Virus record (IMG/VR): IMGVR_UViG_3300028833_000061
Location: 137,402-201,401 of that record
Direction: 5' to 3' (one strand)
DNA from: a virus
Taxonomy: Duplodnaviria > Caudoviricetes
Length of the DNA stretch: 64,000 nt
The position numbers were made by a program, and so were the translations under genes. The notes beneath the pieces were generated by a model, which saw only the letters and a program-made list of their open reading frames with translations, was not told the DNA's origin and did not search any database. Shown here one piece after another: positions 57,729 through 64,000 of the stretch; within the stretch, counting starts at the first letter, position 1, and each line of letters starts with the position of its first letter.

Positions 57729-60700
57729 ACCTTCTTATCAGTTCTATGACAAGCCGATTGATGGCATTCGACGTGAGATAGCCACCTTCAAGCGCTATTT
57801 CCTCCTGGGTGTCTATCATACCGATAAGTCTGTCTGTAGCTTCCTGCGTATAGCTGACGACAGCCGCCATGTTCGAATTCGCGTCCGCCAAAGTACCGGC
57901 CAGATTAGCACGGTCTATCGCACTCTTGACCAGATCAAGAGCATAGGCCTCGTTGACACGGTCGTTTGTATATGCAACAGCGGTAACATTCGTGATAACA
58001 CGTGTTATCTCTCCACGATCATCTAAAATACGATTAAGCTTGTTCTCGATCACATCGTCAAGATTCGCGTACGAAGTCACTGTGCGCCTGTAATTCACTG
58101 TCTCGCCCAGCGGACTGATCTTCATATTCAGTTCGGTCCCGTCTATGGCTGCAGAGGTGTAATCGTACAAAAATATTCCTGAATTGAAGTTTCTATTTGT
58201 AGCATTGACGGCGGAATTAATCTGGACATGACTGGAGCCTATCGTATAGGCACAACGGGTATGAACAACGTTCAGCGCCTTGGAGGCGTCAAGCACATAC
58301 TCGTACGCTGTTTCCGATGTTTTCTGGTCTGGCACCGTAGCTGTGCCATACGTCATTCTGTCATGAATAGTCGCATACGTTACAAACCACCTGATACGCT
58401 TTATAAAGCGCTCGTACAGTTCGTCGAAATCGGCTTTTCCGCGAATATAGTCTAATAGCGTATCAAAACCGCTTACATAGTTGTCGTCGTCAGCCGAATA
58501 TCTAAGAAGAAGCCCGAGGCGTGGACTTCCTTTCCTATTCCATTCCAGATTGTAATCAGCGGAATCATCGCCTGTCGACAGCGTAACGTCGATGATAAGC
58601 GGCAAAACGATGTCATTGATACGATTCGTACCATCGACGACGTTAACAGAAAGCGGAATCGATGTAGTCTTAAGCGCAGAAACGGCAGTATTATCGTCGT
58701 ACAATGAAAGCCCGCAACCGCTGTTCGGCATCATAACTCCGGCAGGCCCTGGGGACTGTAGAGTGTTCAGCACGTGAGGATAATTCATGTTATAAGTACC
58801 GGCACTGTAAGTAGTCGCGGCCGTCTGTGGAAGCGCTATAAGTCTTACGCCGCTGTAATCCTTCTGTAATATGCTGTCGTCTGAAAATACGCGATGCACA
58901 TTGAATGTATATGGCGTCTGCAGCCTGCACCACTTTCCGTTGTACGCACTCTCATATGCCGCCTCACTGCCATAGGCGTCAGAATAGTCAATCAGCTGGC
59001 CCATCGTCAGCATCCATTTAACCCCAGTTCCAGGAGCTGCCCTAGTGACATCTGTCCGATACAGGCCATTATTAAGGTTTTTTCCGCCTATGATTAAAGA
59101 CGTCCACCCAGACCCGTACGATTTTCCGTTTACAGTAGTGGATTTTCCACTCAGAAAATTAGTGAGTGAAACAAGAGAGTCCTCTGAAAAATCTATATAA
59201 ACCGTCTGCGGAACAAGTGAATCCTGCACATAACCAGTATCAGGATCGTCAACCAGCGCGTTTGTGTATGAAAAAAGCTGCACTACGGAGCTAGTAGGAG
59301 CATACGTTATAGGAAATCCCAGCCTGACACCGGCGTCCTTAACGGCAGTCATTTCGACATTCGACACGACAAATATTGAATCGTTCAGCGCATTAAACCA
59401 CTGCTTGACGGAATTTGTAACATATTGCTCTGTATCGGCGTTCGCTTCAACGATTCTGTTCGTTATATCATCGTACAGTCGCTCTGTAACCTCTACGCCT
59501 CGTTCTATTCTGGCAAGACTGTTGGTAGAGTCATCAAGAACAGTCTCTGCATACTCAAGACGCGACGATACCGCCGAATCTAGGATTGCCTCAATCACAG
59601 ACACGTCGCCAGATACTGCCTGGACAGCGTTGCTCCATGACTCCACCGTATCGAAGAACGAATCTCTGAACGGGAAGAAAACATTCGATACCGTATTAAG
59701 AAGTTCTGTCGACGCAACTACATTGCTCGAGAAGAACTCGCGCTCATCTGCCAGACCGGACTCGATCGTGCTGGCGACAATATTATTCCAGTCATTCGAT
59801 ACCCTGTTCAGATGCCACTCAGTTATAACAGGAGACATCGGGCCGTACGGGACGGTATTCGTGTCGTAGTTTCCATACATCTTCATGTATGCCGCAGGAT
59901 AATCCGTGCCGTCGTATGTCAAAGAATACACGACGAACTTGTTGTCAAAATTGCTGTAGTCAGACCAGTCGTCCGTGTATGCGTGTCCTGAAGACGATAG
60001 ACACACGTAAAAAAACGAATCAGTGCCAGGATCAAGCACTATGGGAGAATCATCCGTCGCCTCGAACAGCTTTCTACCGAGTTCGTTGGCAGCAGAAGGC
60101 GTATATATCAGCGCAACTCTGAACGCGTTGCCCCTTGACGGCTTCGGCACATACTTCTCAAACAAGACAAGCACTGCGTTCGTACTTGAAACTCCCTCGG
60201 CATAGCCATCTACCGTCGTACCGTTTATCTGTCTGTATGCAACTCTTTGAACACTGTAATCGCTTTTAAGGAGATTGGCGATAACGTCCCTTTCTTCTTT
60301 TACGACTGGAAGATCGCCAAGGCCGAGCTGCTTGAATACTAGATCCGCACGAGCAACATCGCTCAGGCCCCTAGGAACTTCAGCGGTATAATATGTTTGC
60401 TCTAGAAGCTCCAAAAGATTTTCTCTGTCAAATATGATCTCAAGACTTCCATCGGCGATCTCAGGACTATAGGCAGAAACGCGCACATTGAACGAGACCT
60501 TATCTGATCTGACAACGACACTTACAGCCTCTGCGACCTCAAGCCCGTAGGCACGTCCTCCAATGCTTGAAATATAGTTATTCTTAGCAGAATCAAACAG
60601 CTCATCTATCACCGCCGCGCTTCCGCTTTGTTCTATATAGTCGTCTACGGCCTGGCGTATCGTACTGTCAGTGTAGTCTGAGACGATGTCTATGACGGCA

Positions 60701-60930
60701 TTTGTATCAAGTCCAGGCCGAATGTCCATGCCATTGACAATATCTATAACAGACTGTGTATTTATAGATCCTTGTCCAATCTCAGAGACAGCATTGCTGA
60801 TTGCGCCTGCTATCGAAGACATCGTAGGAATGTCGTTTGTAAACGAAACCTCCCACAGTGTCTCCGCACACGCATTTGCCGAAAAGACAGCAACCGCAAA
60901 AAATGTCAAAAGCCGCTTCATTGTCATCAC
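57700..60930 (-). CDS. Large signal-peptide-bearing fibre-like protein (1076 aa)
   Basis: MKRLLTFFAVAVFSANACA signal; DTNAVIDIV-type repeats; coiled-coil middle. Confidence 0.6.
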   Translation of the reverse strand: MMTMKRLLTFFAVAVFSANACAETLWEVSFTNDIPTMSSIAGAISNAVSEIGQGSINTQSVIDIVNGMDIRPGLDTNAVIDIVSDYTDSTIRQAVDDYIEQSGSAAVIDELFDSAKNNYISSIGGRAYGLEVAEAVSVVVRSDKVSFNVRVSAYSPEIADGSLEIIFDRENLLELLEQTYYTAEVPRGLSDVARADLVFKQLGLGDLPVVKEERDVIANLLKSDYSVQRVAYRQINGTTVDGYAEGVSSTNAVLVLFEKYVPKPSRGNAFRVALIYTPSAANELGRKLFEATDDSPIVLDPGTDSFFYVCLSSSGHAYTDDWSDYSNFDNKFVVYSLTYDGTDYPAAYMKMYGNYDTNTVPYGPMSPVITEWHLNRVSNDWNNIVASTIESGLADEREFFSSNVVASTELLNTVSNVFFPFRDSFFDTVESWSNAVQAVSGDVSVIEAILDSAVSSRLEYAETVLDDSTNSLARIERGVEVTERLYDDITNRIVEANADTEQYVTNSVKQWFNALNDSIFVVSNVEMTAVKDAGVRLGFPITYAPTSSVVQLFSYTNALVDDPDTGYVQDSLVPQTVYIDFSEDSLVSLTNFLSGKSTTVNGKSYGSGWTSLIIGGKNLNNGLYRTDVTRAAPGTGVKWMLTMGQLIDYSDAYGSEAAYESAYNGKWCRLQTPYTFNVHRVFSDDSILQKDYSGVRLIALPQTAATTYSAGTYNMNYPHVLNTLQSPGPAGVMMPNSGCGLSLYDDNTAVSALKTTSIPLSVNVVDGTNRINDIVLPLIIDVTLSTGDDSADYNLEWNRKGSPRLGLLLRYSADDDNYVSGFDTLLDYIRGKADFDELYERFIKRIRWFVTYATIHDRMTYGTATVPDQKTSETAYEYVLDASKALNVVHTRCAYTIGSSHVQINSAVNATNRNFNSGIFLYDYTSAAIDGTELNMKISPLGETVNYRRTVTSYANLDDVIENKLNRILDDRGEITRVITNVTAVAYTNDRVNEAYALDLVKSAIDRANLAGTLADANSNMAAVVSYTQEATDRLIGMIDTQEEIALEGGYLTSNAINRLVIELIRRYAVTNGLTD

Positions 60931-61626
60931 CTACTTTAGCTGGTTGGTAGTGCCGTTCTTTATGTATCTGGCCATCGTCTTTATCATTTCAAGCATATCC
61001 GATGCATCCATGTTGTCACTCTCGATATCACTGTTTATTATGAAATCGAGATCATTGACTCCTCCGCCGAAACGTTTCGATGTGTTTTCTGTCGCAGATA
61101 CTCTCGCGTCCAGCCTGGCCATCTCATTGGTAACATCGTCGTACGACTTCTCAACTCTGACATGCGATAGAAGATACACGCAGTCGCTCACATAGCCCTC
61201 GAGCTCGTGAAGTGTAGTCGGTGGATTGTTGGTATATTCCTCGTAGAAGTGCTCGTCTCCTATTACGATGAAGAAATTGCGAAGATCCGTTATCGACTTG
61301 CCTACAAACCACTCTGTGGCGAACGGGTCCGTGTATGTGTTGACTCCGTATGCCGGATACTGCTGTCCGAACTCTGATACGTAATTCGTAGGCCAAGCAA
61401 ACACGATAACTCCGTCATTGCCGGAAAAAGTGACGCCTGTTTCGTCTACTTTGCTTGTCCCAAGGACAACACCGTCGGCACGAAGCACATCCGTCGTAGC
61501 GCTTCCAACGTAAAACGAATCGACATTAAGTACTCCGTTTGTATCTACCGAAACAACCTTGTTGTCGGCAATCACGGCGAGTCCAAGCGCAATCAATATC
61601 ACAGAAACACAACTTAGTCTTGACAT
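60931..61626 (-). CDS. Signal-peptide-bearing protein (231 aa)
   Basis: MSRLSCVSVILIALGLAVIA, then VVSVDTNG. Confidence 0.6.
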   Translation of the reverse strand: MSRLSCVSVILIALGLAVIADNKVVSVDTNGVLNVDSFYVGSATTDVLRADGVVLGTSKVDETGVTFSGNDGVIVFAWPTNYVSEFGQQYPAYGVNTYTDPFATEWFVGKSITDLRNFFIVIGDEHFYEEYTNNPPTTLHELEGYVSDCVYLLSHVRVEKSYDDVTNEMARLDARVSATENTSKRFGGGVNDLDFIINSDIESDNMDASDMLEMIKTMARYIKNGTTNQLK

Positions 61627-61627
61627 C

Positions 61628-62344
61628 TCATTTACCTTTCATGTTTAAAAGATCCGCAATGACGCCTACAGTCTTTTCAGCTATATCGGCATCGGTTGAA
61701 AGCGCCTTAAGCCTGTTTTCAAGATCCTTGCGGTGCCTCTTCTTGGCCTCCTTGGTATCATCGTCAGTGCTGTCTTCCATTGCAGCGTCGACGACCTTCT
61801 GCGCACGGATATACCTGTTGTGCCTTCTGTACGGATCAACATACATAACCTGGGCCAGTTTCTCGTCAGGATACGTAACCGCGAACCCGTTTATAAGCCC
61901 TTCCCTGTTATACAGCATTTCAGATATCTCGTCCTCCGATAGAACGCCTATTGACGCAAGAAAAGCGCTGGCTTCCTCTATAGAATCGAAGTCATACGCC
62001 ACCTGCTTGTTCTGAACGTGTACGGCTGTCGAAGACCAAGCTGCCTTGTTTATGCCAGATATTACTGGCTCATCGCGCTCGCAGTCGCTCTTTTTCTTTT
62101 TCTCGTCGATCTTCTTGCCCTTGTTGCGCCCGGCAAGGTAAGACGCAAGAATTATCATTGGTATGACCTGCGCCTTCTTCTCTTCCAATCCGTCGTGTTT
62201 TGTAGCTGCGAAGTGGCGCGCATCCTCCTTTGATATACTGTTCGCTGCGCGCACTACGCTCTCTGGCGCATTCTTCAGTTTTCCGTTGAGATATGCCACA
62301 ACCATGCCGAAGAATCTCTGCTGGCTCTTTGACTTCGCAGGCAT
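61628..62344 (-). CDS. DUF3008-like N-terminal domain fused through KKA/KAA to further modules
   Basis: MPAKSKSQQRFFGMV...FAATKHDGL-EEKKA; start at 62344. Confidence 0.6.
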   Translation of the reverse strand: MPAKSKSQQRFFGMVVAYLNGKLKNAPESVVRAANSISKEDARHFAATKHDGLEEKKAQVIPMIILASYLAGRNKGKKIDEKKKKSDCERDEPVISGINKAAWSSTAVHVQNKQVAYDFDSIEEASAFLASIGVLSEDEISEMLYNREGLINGFAVTYPDEKLAQVMYVDPYRRHNRYIRAQKVVDAAMEDSTDDDTKEAKKRHRKDLENRLKALSTDADIAEKTVGVIADLLNMKGK

Positions 62345-62351
62345 CGTGATA

Positions 62352-62681
62352 TCATGTCCTTCTCTTCGACCCAACCGTAGTTGGCTTCACGCCAGGAGTG
62401 TTCCACTTTTTCTCAAGACGTTTGACTCTATTTTCCGTGCCTTCTCCTGCAGAATAGTCGGCAAGCCTCTGCTTCGTACCTGGCTTAGTGGTTGTAACTC
62501 CATACTGTTCTACAGGTGGCGGGTCCTCAAGCCCAAACACTTTCTTAGCCGCTATCTCGACACTTTCCTTCCAGCTCGGTCGCTCCTCTTCTGGATTATC
62601 GAGATATTTAAGCACAGGAAGCCGCATTGCCGCGGCTTTTGTCATATAGTCAACAAACCCCTGTTTGAAGAAAACTGTCAT
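62352..62681 (-). CDS. Leader-bearing putative cargo protein (109 aa)
   Basis: MTVFFKQGFVDYMTKAAA. Confidence 0.65.
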   Translation of the reverse strand: MTVFFKQGFVDYMTKAAAMRLPVLKYLDNPEEERPSWKESVEIAAKKVFGLEDPPPVEQYGVTTTKPGTKQRLADYSAGEGTENRVKRLEKKWNTPGVKPTTVGSKRRT

Positions 62682-62708
62682 ATACAGCGATCAACATGCG
62701 TGCAACAC

Positions 62709-63284
62709 TTATACTGCCTGAACCTCTTCCTCGGGCTGCGCTGCTACCGGTGCTGCGGCTGGAGCAGCAGCTGGAGGTGGTGTAGCGGCAGGAGCGGCAG
62801 GAGCAGCCGCAGTGGCTGCTGCAGGAGGTTCAACTGCCGGAGCGGCGGGAGCTGCCGCAACAGGAGCCGGTGCAGGCGCAGGAGGCTCAGCTGCAGGAGC
62901 GGCTGGCGGAGGAGTTGCTTCAGCAGCTGTAGGAACCGCGGTCTGTGCTACGCCGCGGTTTTTAAGATATTTCTTAGCTTGTGCGTCGTTCTTGTGCCAC
63001 TGCCTGCCCTGGTCGTCAACGATCCAATCAGCAGGGAGCTTTCTTCCAGAAGGCATCATACGAAGTTTTACATCCGATGGAGTGTGGAATGGTTCCCATT
63101 CCGCGCTTGTGTAGTCGTATTCTGGTGCAGCCGATATCTTGATCAGGCTGTCGAGTGCCTCCAGACGCATTCCTGTCGGCTCCTCAGCTTCTGCCTTCTT
63201 TACGTAAGGCATGGTACGTCCGTTGACGTATGATGCCAGCTTGTTCATGTAGTCCGTGAATCCTGCCTTGAATGCTTCTGTCAT
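62709..63284 (-). CDS. Leader-bearing putative cargo protein with a Pro-Ala tail (191 aa)
   Basis: MTEAFKAGFTDYMNKLAS; SD AAGGAG. Confidence 0.7.
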   Translation of the reverse strand: MTEAFKAGFTDYMNKLASYVNGRTMPYVKKAEAEEPTGMRLEALDSLIKISAAPEYDYTSAEWEPFHTPSDVKLRMMPSGRKLPADWIVDDQGRQWHKNDAQAKKYLKNRGVAQTAVPTAAEATPPPAAPAAEPPAPAPAPVAAAPAAPAVEPPAAATAAAPAAPAATPPPAAAPAAAPVAAQPEEEVQAV

Positions 63285-63317
63285 TTCCTAGTCTCCTTTG
63301 TTCAGCGAATTTCTACC

Positions 63318-63346
63318 ATTCTACTAGTTAAAATCTAAACAAGCAA
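63318..63346 (-). promoter_or_regulatory. Putative sigma70-type promoter
   Basis: TTGCTT-N17-TAGAAT. Confidence 0.55.
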
Positions 63347-63358
63347 CAGTCTACCTGC

Positions 63359-63685
63359 TTAAGATCTTTTCAGCAAAGTCCCTCTCTTGAGTGGATCCTC
63401 GGCAAGAACAGGCATAGCTCTTGGAATCTTCTCTCCTACAACTGGCGGCTCCTCCATGATAGCCGGGGGCTTCCTTCTGATAGATATAGTCACATCTGGA
63501 GACGTCGTTCGTCTCCCGGATATCCTTGGGTCGGGCTTTATATCTCTTGTAAACGGTTTTCCGAAATCAATCGGTCGTTTCACTATAGGAGTAGCAGGCT
63601 GTGCTGCTGGCTGAGCCGCCCGCTGTATCGCCTGGCCATATTTTTCCATGTATGCAACAAATCCTGCCTTAAATGCCTCTGTCAT
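63359..63685 (-). CDS. Leader-bearing putative cargo protein (108 aa)
   Basis: MTEAFKAGFVAYMEKYG; SD AAGGAG. Confidence 0.65.
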   Translation of the reverse strand: MTEAFKAGFVAYMEKYGQAIQRAAQPAAQPATPIVKRPIDFGKPFTRDIKPDPRISGRRTTSPDVTISIRRKPPAIMEEPPVVGEKIPRAMPVLAEDPLKRGTLLKRS

Positions 63686-63726
63686 CTTCTATTCTCCTTG
63701 TTGATGATCTGCTTGATCTACATTTA

Positions 63727-64000
63727 TCACCAAGAAATAGGCGTCGTTCTGCCTTTCTCGGCATGAAGTTTCTCTATTCCACGACGCTCTCTATCTGTAA
63801 ATGGCGTAGTGTCATTCGGGTCCGCTCTTCTATATGTACCTGTTTTCTTGTCATATACTACTCTGAACTTCCTTGGCTGTGCCGCTGGACGAGCCGCTGG
63901 CTGTGCCGCTGGGCGAACCGCGGGCTGTGCCGCTGGACGTACTGCAGGCTGTGCCGCTGGACGTACTGCAGGCTGTGCCGCTGGACGTGCCACTGGGCGT
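63727..64000 (-). CDS. 3' part of a protein with RPAAQPA[VA] repeats (starts outside the window)
   Basis: Frame is open to the window edge; about five 24-bp repeats at 63875-63990. Confidence 0.6.
   Translation of the reverse strand, partial: RPVARPAAQPAVRPAAQPAVRPAAQPAVRPAAQPAARPAAQPRKFRVVYDKKTGTYRRADPNDTTPFTDRERRGIEKLHAEKGRTTPISW

Noticed and set aside
54620-60935. TAG stops immediately followed in frame by the next start (54626/54625 and 60931/60930), suggesting amber recoding or readthrough
   Set aside because: The same abutment occurs with TAA (48137/48136). Conserved genes are intact under code 11, and the downstream 1076-aa ORF has its own signal peptide.
63875-63990. 24-bp repeats as a possible CRISPR array (also 32871-32998)
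   Set aside because: They are directly tandem with no spacers and are in-frame coding repeats.

Overview
This window is the virion-morphogenesis region of a large contractile-tailed (myovirus-like, probably jumbo) phage. Every supported gene but one is on the - strand. In transcription order (right to left) it holds small proteins sharing an N-terminal leader (62-64 kb), a fibre/adhesin cluster (50-62 kb), and a stand-alone NrdD glycyl-radical domain, a metacaspase and a lipoprotein (48-50 kb). A ~26 kb block of mostly unknown proteins (22-48 kb) surrounds a multisubunit RNA polymerase encoded as a beta+beta'(N) fusion and a separate beta'(C). Then come the prohead protease, scaffold, major capsid, neck, sheath, tube, spike, frameshifted tail chaperones, tape measure, hub, a sigma-70-type factor and baseplate wedge genes. 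The most notable unexplained structure is a two-part peptide signal. A leader M-T-x-x-F-K-x-G-F-x(2-8)-K-x-[A/G] sits on at least six otherwise unrelated proteins. A K-x-A(-S/A) motif recurs in the capsid protein, scaffold, protease and RNAP N-terminus, and it falls at the domain boundaries of a four-domain GNAT/SH3/DUF3465-like polyprotein. I infer a capsid-targeting and protease-release system that loads cargo, including the RNAP, into the head. All annotations come from motif recognition by eye; no searches were run. No portal, terminase, tRNA, CRISPR or mobile element was seen.
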